A stretch of 63,832 bases of DNA, filler included, from Octopus bimaculoides (lineage: Eukaryota), in assembly GCF_001194135.2 (NCBI RefSeq). It is 6 parts of 6 records of this genome, joined end to end, with 100 filler letters (N's around TTAATTAATTAA, not from the genome) between each part and the next. Parts side by side here need not be neighbours in the genome. Positions count along the whole stretch, not along the records: positions 48,059 to 53,889 come from NC_068984.1; positions 53,990 to 63,832 come from NC_069005.1; 4 more parts are not named here. One strand, given 5' to 3'. Position numbers and translations under genes: made by a program. Of the stretch, positions 49,035 to 61,056 are shown piece by piece. The stretch's first letter is position 1; every line of letters begins with the position of its first letter. The notes beneath the pieces were generated by a model. The model did not search any database. It worked only from the letters and a program-made list of their open reading frames with translations, and had not been told where the DNA came from.

Positions 49035-49745
49035 CCCTGCCTACATCTAGGATACTGTAAAGACTCACAAATAGACTCCCACCGATCTATAATATCCCAA
49101 CTCATAGGATCGCTAAACAAGTAGACAATATCATAAATATGCACCAGTGAGATGTAGTGTAGTATACCAAATAGATATAGACATTTAAAAAAGTATTAGC
49201 AAAGTTGATTTTAGTTATAGGTGTTAAGAGACTCTTTGTCGATATCCCTGTATTGGAAACGTTAGGTATATTAAACAAGGGGCGAAAACAAATCTAACTA
49301 ATATGTTAAGGAACATTATTGGAAAGTTCTTGTTGGCCTGTACGACATGATTCCTGTCTAGAACAATCTGGAAACTTAGTTCGACTGAGTGACCATCGGT
49401 TTTCTAATAAAGCCCGCATCTGCGACGTTCCACACGGTTTGCGTTGGAAACAAGTTTATTCGTGAACATAATAATGTCATAAATATATGATCTGTACATT
49501 ACTGACACATTTGTTGCGATAGATACACAGGAACAAGTCGGTAGAGTGATAGGGGTTTTCGAGAATGATTCCGTCTTCAAATTTACCATTAAATATAGTT
49601 CTAGCATTAATTCATACCATACCACAACCTCATCCTGAGATATGACTGTGTGAATAAGGATCCAATTAGACAGACGTCGGTATACACGTACAAATGAAAA
49701 TACCAACAAACGCCTACATTTGCACAGTGGTAGTAAGTATATAAA
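49035..49745 (+). mobile_element. Penelope-like element reverse transcriptase relic
   Basis: THRIAKQVDNII...GVKRLFVDIPVLETLGIL (49220; compare DVxSLFTNIP), YITDTFV (49495; compare YVDDTF), FKFTIKY, DMTV and YTRTNENTNKRLHLHS. Many stops and a frameshift. Confidence 0.75.
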
Positions 49746-50982
49746 TTGTATGCAGCCAAATCCCTTTTGTAATGGATCTTATAAATTCTAGTCTCAAAAG
49801 AAGCTTTAAACAACACAATCGTATGAATTTAATAAACCGTTAACTAACAACACACACACGCACATACACACGCATATGTGTGTATTTGTATATGTGTATG
49901 TATATATGCATGTGCGCCTGTGTACATATGTATACTCGAAGAAGTATAAAATCACCTCCACAAATATAATACCTAGTAAGATGTACAAACCATACATATA
50001 GTATGATACTTAAACTGATGCACCCAAGTTATAAAATGAATGAAGGCGCTCATAAAACAGAACTCAGCATGCGCCACAACTAACCATATACTAACAGTAA
50101 GTATATATATTACAGAACCGTCAGAGTTAATAACCTTCTTGTCAGCATGACACCGCTAAACGGCAAGTCACGGAATATTTCACAGAGCCAATGTACGTAA
50201 TATAAAAATTCCAAAGTAAACATGAGTCGTAAACTTCGTGCCTTAAAGTGTTACATCAGCCATACATGCTCGACATTTTCTTGTCGATTGATCATGCATT
50301 TACAGGGAGCTATTACAGCAGATTGTAATACAAAACAAATAAAACTAAATAGAAAAATTTAGTTGATAAAATGCCATTCTATATAGAATTTCACTCAAAA
50401 AAAGTACTGGATCAACTACTACTGGAATTAAAATATAAACCATAAAATCAACACAGGCACATAGCATATGTGAAATACAATATGAAAGTAACCTGGAGTT
50501 AACTGTTGCACATGGCGAGAATGATTTATATTAAATATGGTGATAATGGTTATATTCCAACATCGTTCTGAAGATACTGCCCTAATATGATATATAAGAA
50601 AAGAAAAAAAAAATTAGCAACATGTCGTTATTACCCACTTCATTCTGAAGAAGGAGCCGAGAAACATTAACGGGTTTAGAAACGATATTATACCAAACGA
50701 AATGTAAAGGGCTAACAAGGAAATATGAGAAAAACGACAAGAAAAATTAAAGTTATCTCTACCCGCAGAAAACCATATTCTACAATACTATCGGAAGGAG
50801 AAGGTAGAGAAGAAACAGAGTAGTCAGAGCATCAGAAAGAATACCATACAATAATTGCTCCGGATGTCTGAGCATTGTGTTCAGATCCCGTCGATGTTAC
50901 TTCAGGATAAAGTACCAATGAATATAGGAGTAATTTCATCCGTCCCCACTTCTCTCTCTCAGTCTCTCTCTTCCTCTCTTTT

Positions 50983-51019
<37 letters not shown>

Positions 51020-51362
51020 CTCTCTCTTTCTCCTCTCGCTTTCTCCTCTTCTCTCTCTTTCTGAGGCAGCTACGTTGAAGGGACAAGAAAGGAGTGTTCA
51101 TATTGTGAATTCACCAATACTTTCCACCACCATTTTGTGAAGTTGCTAAAACAAACCAGCGGAAAACAAAAGTGATGATGAAAATGCCATGTGAAGTGAA
51201 AGGTGCATCAATACACTGTTCATTTGATTTCTGAGAACCGTGCTCCTCTTTTCTCACACACATACATATACTTCACTGTAAACGATCTTAGAACTGAATC
51301 GCAAGTCACATTACTTTTGAAGGTCAAAGTCAAAGTGCGGTAGACACACAATATTGTGTGTG

Positions 51363-51400
<38 letters not shown>

Positions 51401-51652
51401 TGTGTCAGTGCTTTTATGCACCATGAGGTGAAGTCCCAAAGGGAACACTACACTGTTCGACATTCTAACAAAACATCCACGTTAAGCTGAATATATATAT
51501 ATTGCCTTTTAGTATCAATACCGCTTCTATCGCTAATAATTACTTAACACACATTACACACGCACACACACAAACACACATATATACACGCACACACGCA
51601 TATATACATATGCATATTTATGCATATATATTGACATATGTATAAGCGTGTG

Positions 51653-51684
<32 letters not shown>

Positions 51685-52397
51685 GTATATATATATATAT
51701 ATATATATNNNNNNNNNNNNNNNNNNNNNNNNNNNNNNNNNNNNNNNNNNNNNNNNNNNNNNNNNNNNNNNNNNNNNNNNNNNNNNNNNNNNNNNNNNNN
51801 NNNNNNNNNNNNNNNNNNNNNNNNNNNNNNNNNNNNNNNNNNNNNNNNNNNNNNNNNNNNNNNNNNNNNNNNNNNNNNNNNNNNNNNNNNNNNNNNNNNN
51901 NNNNNNNNNNNNNNNNNNNNNNNNNNNNNNNNNNNNNNNNNNNNNNNNNNNNNNNNNNNNNNNNNNNNNNNNNNNNNNNNNNNNNNNNNNNNNNNNNNNN
52001 NNNNNNNNNNNNNNNNNNNNNNNNNNNNNNNNNNNNNNNNNNNNNNNNNNNNNNNNNNNNNNNNNNNNNNNNNNNNNNNNNNNNNNNNNNNNNNNNNNNN
52101 NNNNNNNNNNNNNNNNNNNNNNNNNNNNNNNNNNNNNNNNNNNNNNNNNNNNNNNNNNNNNNNNNNNNNNNNNNNNNNNNNNNNNNNNNNNNNNNNNNNN
52201 NNNNNNNNNNNNNNNNNNNNNNNNNNNNNNNNNNNNNNNNNNNNNNNNNNNNNNNNNNNNNNNNNNNNNNNNNNNNNNNNNNNNNNNNNNNNNNNNNNNN
52301 NNNNNNNNNNNNNNNNNNNNNNNNNNNNNNNNNNNNNNNNNNNNNNNNNNNNNNNNNNNNNNNNNNNNNNNNNNNNNNNNNNNNNNNNNNNNNNNNN

Positions 52398-52434
<37 letters not shown>

Positions 52435-52725
52435 ACGGGCTTCTTTCAGTTTCCGTCTACCAAATCCACTCACAAGGCATTGGTCGGCCCGAGGCTATAA
52501 TAGAAGACACTTGCCCAAGGTGCCACGCAGTGGGACTGAACCCGGAACCATGTGGCTGGTAAGCAAGCTACTTACCACACAGCCACTCTTGTGGATTTTT
52601 TCTAATCGAAGCACGATAAATTGAAAAAAGTGGGTTTTTTTAATATATATTTCACGGTAGGCAAGCAGGGTTGCAGGGTATGCGAATAAGAATACAAGAA
52701 TTAAGGAATGAAGTAGATAAGATCC

Positions 52726-52899
52726 GAATGGAATAGATAAGATTCGAGTTTCATAGCGAGCGGAACCTGGTAAGTGGTAAGTATCCAAGGAAGGTGTGTA
52801 CTATTCAGGCCAAGCCTACAGTATACACTTCGCTTGGATGTTTACCACTTCCCAGGTTCTGCTCGTTATGTATGTAGCCCGAATCTTATCTAATCCATC
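52726..52899. repeat. Imperfect long hairpin with about 77-bp arms
   Basis: AGATAAGATTCGAG...GGAACCTGGTAAGTGGTAAGTATCCAAG...GTGTGTACT pairs with AGTATACACTT...CTTGGATGTTTACCACTTCCCAGGTTC...CGAATCTTATCT. Confidence 0.85.
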
Positions 52900-52907
52900 C
52901 CTTAACT

Positions 52908-53037
52908 CTTACCAACAACATGATTCAGGGTTCAGACCCACTGCGTGACACCTTGAGCAAGTGTCTTCTACTATAGCTCGAGCCGCCGAAAGCCTTGTGT
53001 GTGAATTTGGTAGACGGAAACTGAAAGAAGCCTGTCG

Positions 53038-53128
<91 letters not shown>

Positions 53129-53328
53129 GTGCTTGTTCCCGCACCATCGCTTGACAACTGATGCTGGTGTGTTTACGTCCCAGTAACTTAGCGGTTCGGC
53201 AAAAGAGAACGATAGAATAAGTAGTAGGCTTCCAAAGAATAAGTCCTGAGGTGGATTTGTTCGACTAAAGGTGGTGCTCCAGCATGGGTGCAGTCAAACA
53301 ACTGGAATAAATAAAAGAATAAAAGAAT
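52908..53328 (+). mobile_element. Family C SINE with an expanded internal (GT)n
   Basis: Family motifs are present, with (GT)n at about 53050-53125. Confidence 0.85.
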
Positions 53329-54110
53329 ATATATTATCAAGATTCAGTTGAATTAGGTACTTAAACTGAGGCACCTTGCTAATTCGATATAAGCTGCACA
53401 ATTCAAATATTGAATATCAAGACTCCGTGTTGCGGTACTTGTACCAAATATTCCTGTCGTGCGTGCAAACAACGCAACCCAGCTAAGTGGAGATATCGCT
53501 CTTGGTAATTCAAACATGTACTTTTTATAAAGGTACTTTCCATAGTATTTCTGAAGTGCAGATTCCAAGTTAGGTGAACAGAATATGAATAAGTAACAAA
53601 GATGTACAGGTGTCAATTCTTTACGGCGTAATGAATTGACACATATACATCTTTGTTATATATTTCCCGAAACCCGAAACCCGGGTCCGTTCGTGCTACA
53701 GATCATGATGGGAGGGGTAACTTCCTTTGGCAAACAGGACACAGTAGTGTGTCGATAAGCCAGCTGGAGGAGATGTCCTCCTGGGGCTAAAAGCAACAGT
53801 AACATCCACCCCTAGGGGTCAGCCACACTTAAGTGGCAATATACTACACTTTATCGTGCAGTCACTGTTAATACTTCATTTAGAGAATTNNNNNNNNNNN
53901 NNNNNNNNNNNNNNNNNNNNNNNNNNNNNNNNNTTAATTAATTAANNNNNNNNNNNNNNNNNNNNNNNNNNNNNNNNNNNNNNNNNNNNTTTTTTTCTTT
54001 AAGGAAGGTTCTGGAAACAAAAAAAACAGTTTTGAGAAAAATGTAAAAACATTGACTTTACGATTGCCAAAGTCTGTTTCAGCACACACACACACACACA
54101 CACACGCATA

Positions 54111-54357
54111 TTGGGTTCGTGCATAATTATTGTGGCTTTTATTCAATAAATTTTATTCTACAAAAACAATAACAATAATTAACAAAAACATCTTTAAATG
54201 ATGGTCTGACCGTCTGCCAAGCAAATGGGAAGCAGTAATTGAAGTGGATGGTGAATATGCTCCAGAATAATCATTTAAAGATGTTTTTGTTACATGTTGT
54301 TATTGTTTTTGTTGAATAAAATTTGAAAAAAGCCACAATAATTATGCACCAACCCAA
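54111..54357 (+). mobile_element. Mariner-derived MITE with about 90-bp TIRs
   Basis: TTGGGTT(C/G)GTGCATAATTATTGTGGCTTTT TIRs resemble the Hsmar1/MADE1 TIR. The spacer encodes RLPSKWEAVIEVDGEYAPE*, a mariner C-terminus. TA flanks the left end. Confidence 0.85.
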
Positions 54358-54360
54358 TGT

Positions 54361-54520
54361 ATTAATACTAATAATAATCCATATTATTATTACTATATTA
54401 ATCCTATATACTAATCCTATATTAACCCTATATTAATCCTATATATTATTACTATATTAATCCTATATATTAATCCTATACTAATCCAATATTAATCCTA
54501 TACTCTATTAATCCTATATT
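54361..54520. repeat. Degenerate (TATTAATCC)-type minisatellite
   Basis: Repeated TATTAATCCTATA units that continue briefly after the SINE at 54920. Confidence 0.8.
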
Positions 54521-54918
54521 TGTTGTTGTTGTTGTTAGCACTCTGTTGCTTACACGTCGAGGGTCCCAGTTGATCCAATCAACAGAACAGCCTGCTCGTG
54601 AAATTGACATGGAAGTGGCTGAGCATTCCACAGACACGTGTACCCTTACCGTAGTTCTCGGGGGATATTCAGCGTGACACAGTGTGACAAGGCTGACCCT
54701 TTTGCATTACAGACACAACAGAAACAGGGAGTAAGAGTGAGAGAAAGTTGTGGTGAAAGAGTACAGCAGGGTTCGCCACCTCCACTCCCTGCTGGAGCCT
54801 CGTGGAGCTTTAGGTGTTTTCGCTCAATAAACACTCACAATGTCCGGTCTGGGAATCGAGACCGCGATCCTATGACCGCGAGTCCGCTGCCCTAACCACC
54901 GGGCCATTGCTCCTCCAC
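54521..54918 (-). mobile_element. Family E SINE inserted into the minisatellite
   Basis: (GTT)n tail at 54521. Approximate TSD AATCCTATATT / AATCTTATATT. Confidence 0.88.
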
Positions 54919-55806
54919 AATCTTATATTAATCCTATGTTATATCAGCACAGCTCAGTCCAACCCCATAAAACTGCTGTTGCAAATTGGAATCACTAAGT
55001 AAGGGCCAACATAGGAGTTATTAAGTATGTACTCAAAAACATTTTCCATAAACGAACTTAAAAGATATATATATATTTATATATTAATCAAAGAGTACAG
55101 TATTACATATCCATTATGGCTGATCTTAGCAATCAGTTTCACACTTGGTGTTCAATGGAGTGTTAGATAAGAGCCTGATTATGTAACCCTGTGCTCTGCA
55201 GAGACGACAGTTATGGTGGCTGTTCTCTATTGTTGGAGGTGAAGAAATACATCCAGTTTGTGGTTGTTGTGAAAAAAATGATGAAATGAACTGAGCAAGG
55301 GTTAATTTAAAAGTTATGTCCCTCGGTACACAAATGTTATTAAATATTGCAGCCCTTTTTGTCTTTTGGCCTGCCATGCATACAAACATGCATGCATTCA
55401 CGCATACATTTTTCTCCTTAAGTGTTATTAAATATTGCATGCGTACATATACACACACACACGCAATATTTAATAACACTTAAAGAAAAATGCATGCACA
55501 CACATACACGTACGTAAGGTTTTTACAGCTGGATGCCCTTCCAAATGCCAACCACTTTACAGAATAATTTTAAAAAGTGTCCTTGAAACATTGTAATGCT
55601 TTTCCTTGTGGTGTGCAGCATGTTGCAGTGGTGCAGTAGTATTGCATGGCTTAGTAACCTGTTGTAGTACAGCAATAGCATCATTTAAAAGTGCAGCCTT
55701 ATTGTGCGTTACTGTTCATGCAGTGTCATGCATGACATGTAGTATTGTGCAGTCATAGCATGACATGTAGCATTGTGCAGTAGTTACATGACATGTTGCA
55801 TTATGC

Positions 55807-55843
<37 letters not shown>

Positions 55844-56039
55844 TGGCATGTAGTAGTGGCGTAACATGTAGCGCTGTGCAGTGATGGTATTATCATGTAT
55901 CACCAGGTACCCCTCACCGACACCATTTTTTTTTTTTTGTTTTTCAAATTAAAGTACTTTATTCCACATCTTCACAAACACTGAACTGCCAAGATACCAG
56001 ACATATGTACATCAGCCATGTGATGTCAATATGAGGAGA

Positions 56040-56697
56040 CACACACTAGCTGAATGATAGCTAAGTTGTTTTACAAAATTCTTTGTTATATTTAAAATTA
56101 ATTGAAAGAAACACTGACATCTCAACATAAATATGGTAACAAAAGGGTTAATGTCACCATGATATTTTAAACCCTTTTGATACCAACTCAACTGAAACCA
56201 GCTCTGGTTCTGTCGTACAAATTCTTGTTTTCAAAAGTTTTGAATTAAAATCCTCCACCACACCTTAGTCACAATTTATGTTCCTAACACTAGCTGAATG
56301 ATAATGGAGTTATTTTACTAAATTCTTTGTTATATTTAAAATTAATTGAAAGAAACACAGAGCATCTCAGAAATATGGTAACAAAAGGGTTAACATCACC
56401 ATGATATTTTTAACCCTTTTGTTATCAACCCAGCTGAAACCAGCTCTGGTACCGTAGTACAAATGTCTTGTTTTCATAAGTTTTGAATTAAAATCCTCCA
56501 CCAAACCTTGGTCACAATTTATGTTCCTAACACTAGCTGAATGATAACTAAGTTATTTTACTAAATTCTTTGTTATATTTAAAATAATTGAAAGAAACAC
56601 AGAGCACCTCAAAATAAAAACAGTAACGAAAGGGTTAAACCAGGAAGCTTGTATCATAAGATAAGGTGTGGCCTTAGATTGGTATCAAAAGGGTTAA
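56040..56697. mobile_element. Tandem array of piggyBac-type MITE units, period about 243 bp
   Basis: TTAA-CCCTTTT...AAAGGG-TTAA units at 56167-56393 and 56410-56638 plus a partial unit ending 56151, each joined by the same TCACCATGATATTT spacer. An extra right TIR TTGGTATCAAAAGGGTTAA ends at 56697. Confidence 0.8.
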
Positions 56698-58223
56698 AAA
56701 TCATCATTTATCTTACCAAATTCATCAAAGACTCTCTGCCTGATCTCTCCCTTGTTCCTTTATTTTATAGGTTATTNNNNNNNNNNNNNNNNNNNNNNNN
56801 NNNNNNNNNNNNNNNNNNNNNNNNNNNNNNNNNNNNNNNNNNNNNNNNNNNNNNNNNNNNNNNNNNNNNNNNNNNNNNNNNNNNNNNNNNNNNNCATTCT
56901 TTTGTGATGGCAGTATCAAGATTTTGGCACTTTATGTGATCCTGTTGGGCATAAGTATTTTTTTTTTTGTGTGTGCGTATGTGTCTGTGCGTCCAAGTCA
57001 ACCCTATAAAAACACAAAACAAGAATCTGGATTCGAAACTCGTACCAAACTGCTTCTGTGAAGGACAGGGGACAATTATTTTTTGTATAACATAAATTTT
57101 TATCACTTCATCAAGTAATAATTTATATTACCTTCACAAATCATTTGATATCTTCAAATGCTGATATCTGGTTTAATATCAGTTTTTAATATTTGATACT
57201 CTTTTTCTCCACCCTCACCCATGAATTTAGTTTATAAAATAACATCTCTCTCACTGACCAATGCATGTGATAACGTTGAATCACTGTTTGTTTGTTTTTT
57301 GCTTTTATAGTGACTTGTTATCTTCTGCTTTATTTTCTGCACACCACTTTTGTTGAGCACTTACTTAACTCTTTGCATTTTGATTAAGTTTGTCCTGAAC
57401 ATTCATGCCCATTTTCAAACATTTTCATTATCCCATGTTTCACATATTCTGAGTAACATACACAGAATAAGTAAAGGGTTAATTCCCGCTGCCTACTGGA
57501 CCCTAGCAGCAGGAAAATTAGACAGTGTCACGTGACAACTTGCTGGGACAGCCTGCTGGAGCCTAGCAGCAGGTATAAAAAAGGGGAATTTGACAAGACA
57601 ATCAGTCGGACGCTGACACTCGTTGATGCTGCATCGAAGAGGCCAGGGAATAGAAGAAAGAAGACATGCACCCAGAGCTGAAGACACCTCCGAAAGGGGG
57701 GGGGGGCCCGCCACGTCAAAACGGTAGAGGAGTAGGGGCAGAAACAGGACGTGGTTCCTCCTGATGATGTCTTGAGCTAACTGGATCCTATAAAGGGGCT
57801 GTTGTGGTGGCAGACCACGAAACATGGTTGAAATTCCTCCACAAGAATTCTTAATTATATTGAATATTAATCTTTTGCCTATCCAAGTCATTTTCATAAG
57901 TTTGTCCTAAACATCAATGCTTGTTTTCATATGTTCTGAATAAAATAAGACTGTCCTTTCATAAGTTCTCAACTCACTCTGGTGGTTGAAAAAAAAAATT
58001 AGGAACATGTATCATAAATGATATAATATGGACGACTGGGAAATAAGTCCTGTGTATCACATGATACACAGGACAGGCAAAAGGTTAAGTATCTATCCGT
58101 TCACCCGAGCACGCTCATACGCTCTTTATAACTTTTCATATCATGGTAATTTCATCACCAATGGTAACCTATACTAGTTACATGACAGTCTTTCTCTTCT
58201 TTTTTTCTGTGTTTCAAACCCAG

Positions 58224-58365
58224 GCAGGATACCATGGGTCAACGAATGTACTTCACTGGCTCCTCACTCATACTACTGTTAGTGCTGCTGCTGATAAAAA
58301 TGCTGCTACTGATAAAAATGCTGCTACTGCTACTGCTGCTGCTGCTGCTCCAAATACTCAAGATG
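58224..58365 (+). CDS. Ankyrin-repeat protein exon with an Ala-rich insert
   Basis: ttttttctgtgtttcaaacccAG|GCA GGA...GAT G|GTGATT. Encodes AGYHGSTNVLHWLLTHTTVSAAADKNAATDKNAATATAAAAAPNTQD(G). Joins the next exon in frame to give NTQDGSGNTVGHLAA. Confidence 0.8.
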
Positions 58366-58544
58366 GTGATTTGTCTTTCGCATTTATTCTTACTTTTTAC
58401 TGTTGCTCTTAATACAAAAGTGAACTGGCAGAATCATTAGAGCATTGGACAAAATACTTCATAGTATTTGTTCCAGCTCTCTACAATCTGAGTTCATATC
58501 CCACCAGAGTCAGCTTTACTTTTCATCCTTTATCTACTATTCTA

Positions 58545-59335
58545 CATGATTAAGCCTCACACTCTCTCTTGAGCATAGGCCATCGACAACTTTTTCCCAC
58601 CGTTCTCAACTTTTGGCTGTCTTTCCTGCTTCTTTCCAGTTGGATCCCTGCTTTTCCAGGCCCACCTAATATCTCACCACCAGCTATTTTCAGGATGTCC
58701 TTCTCTTGTCTCATTTGTGGCTTTCAAGTCAGGTCCTAATGAGTAATGCAGGATGTTAGTTCCCTTCCTTTCAAATTTTGCAGATATCTGACACCTTGCT
58801 GACAAAGGACAGAGACATCTGGCCCCTTGCTGTACTCAAGAAGACCTGTCTGTGACAGCAGAATAGATACAGGTGCTAGTGCCACATAAAAAGCAACCAG
58901 TACACTCTGTAAAGTGGTTGGTGTTAGGAAGGGCATCCATCTGTAGAAACCATGCCCAAAGCATATACTGAAGTCTGGTGCAACCCATGGCCTTACAAGA
59001 TCTGATCAAACCATCCAACCCATGCCAGCATGGAAAACAGACGTTAAATGATGAAGATGTGTTGTATGTTTTCCTGAGGAATGACCTTCTTCTTCCAGAT
59101 TTTGAATTGTCATCAATGCTTCTGTGACTTTGCTTTTTCCTTTTTTCGTGGTATGGGTGTTAGCCTTATGCAAACCCCCTTTTATCTCGGGGACAAGATG
59201 CTCCATATTTGTTTGGCTTCTACCCTTTGAATTGTCCAGCATAGGAGGCCCTACTAGAAGCATGCACTCCACTGGTATAGCTCTCAGGGTCATCGAGGCA
59301 TGCAAGCCATCACATCATAACAAGGACTGGACCTT
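58545..59335 (-). mobile_element. Internally deleted RTE LINE (5'UTR at 59060-59335, 3' end at 58545-58780) interrupted by a family A copy (58800-59055, +)
   Basis: Minus strand GAGAGCTATACCAGTGG...GTAGGGCCTCC...GGCTAACACCC resembles RTE 5'UTRs. The 3' part resembles an RTE ORF terminus (...VVDGLCS). Confidence 0.55.
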
Positions 59336-59681
59336 GTGATGGCTGTTATTCTTTAGGGGTTGATAAAAATGTATTAATCCACAGTAGTGGCTTGGAAGAA
59401 CTGTTAGGGAGATGGAACCCAAAACACTTCTGTGATGCTTCATTGGATCTTGTCAATCCGTCCAACTCATGCCAATTTTTGGTCTGGCTCAGCAACACAT
59501 GTGATGACTATTCTATTATAACTAATATGCCTTCACATTGAAGCTAGGACTCTCATGATAGTTAACATTTTGCCACATTCCAGCTAATATCTCCCACATT
59601 TTAGTTAATGCTATTTCACATTACAATTAAAACTATAGTTAAAACTCCATCATAGTGAGGAAAAGTTAGCTGACATTAGAG

Positions 59682-59910
59682 TTAACCCTTTAGCATTTAA
59701 ACCAGCCATATCCAGCCCCAAATATTCTGTCTGTTTTATGTTCAAACTGGCCAGATCTGGCCTCTCACACCTACCTGAAAATGTCATTCAAATCATAAAC
59801 AATCACATCATAGAAATCTCAAAGCTACAAGATAAAGCATGATTAATTCAAAACAATGTGAATAAATATGCATCACATTTGACAGGGTAATCTGAATGCG
59901 AAAGAGTTAT
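59682..59910. mobile_element. piggyBac-type MITE
   Basis: TTAA-CCCTTTAGCATT...AATGCGAAAGAG-TTAT. Confidence 0.7.
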
Positions 59911-60003
59911 AGCTAAGACCGCCATCAAGTTTAATCGGTTCTAAAATACATGAAACAGAAGAGTAACTTGACCAGTGTTAATGTCACTTTGTTCAATTAA
60001 AAG

Positions 60004-60168
60004 GGAGTGGAAACACAGTGGGGCACCTAGCTGCAAAGAGAGGCAAAGCAGAATGCTTCAGCTGTTATTTGAACTATGGAGGAAACCTAAAAATCACCAA
60101 CACAATGAATGATACCCCTATGGACCTTGCCAAAAGATCTGGACATTTAGGGATCATGCAGAAAGCTG
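60004..60168 (+). CDS. Ankyrin-repeat protein exon (165 bp, phase 1-1)
   Basis: Encodes (G)SGNTVGHLAAKRGKAECFSCYLNYGGNLKITNTMNDTPMDLAKRSGHLGIMQKA, a canonical ANK pattern. Donor G|GTAAGT. An in-frame TAA at 59979 limits the 5' extension. Confidence 0.9.
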
Positions 60169-61024
60169 GTAAGTTATAATAAACACACGTCTTTTGATTT
60201 CTGTTTCCAGTTTTACTTTTGTTATTCTTCAGGCTAGGCAAAGATATTTCGGTGGAATTCTGGTTTAAATACTTCATACCAACCCCTTATAATTTTCTCA
60301 TATTTTAGAATTTTCAGAAAACTTTTGCAAATTTGTGTTCTACACAGGAATTTATACAATTATGAAAACAAAAATATTTCAAACTCACCCCACTCTAAAT
60401 CCTTAAAGTTCCACTCTTTTTGGAATTTCTATTTTAAAATCAGTTTGAAATAGACAGTCCAAATTTTTTGCTTAAATCCCAGCAATGGACCATCAAATGT
60501 GTTTATGGGGAGAAAAATATTGAAAAACATCAATACATGTCAGTGACAAAGAAACAAGAAAGGTATCAGGTGGTCATGAGATGTGCTAAAAATAACGGCT
60601 AAATCGCCCTTAAATCACAAAAAATTTTGTTTTGTTTTTTTTGCAAAACGGTATGAATTCATCTTCATCACCACCACTACCACCACCACCATCATCATCA
60701 TCTATTGTCTGTTTTCTACATTGGCATGAGTTGGACGGATTGACAAGATCCAATGAAGCATCACAGAAGTGTTTTGGGTTCCAATGTCAGCTTTGAGATG
60801 TCTTCTATGGCTGGATGTCCTTCCTAACTTTTATGGATATGCTTCACATGGCTATGTCACTCGTGAGGTTTTACCCAAGCAACTAGCAAGACAGGACCCA
60901 CATCAACTTAGGAGGGAGTAGTATTGAGGCAGGGTGGCACACACAGAGACACCAACACTCACGCAAGTATTCATACACACACAAACACAAACACACACTA
61001 GCCTTGATACACACACTAGCCTTG

Positions 61025-61056
<32 letters not shown>

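Noticed and set aside
53353-53616. 87-aa minus-strand ORF as an exon
   Set aside because: No recognisable domain and no convincing splice-site pair.
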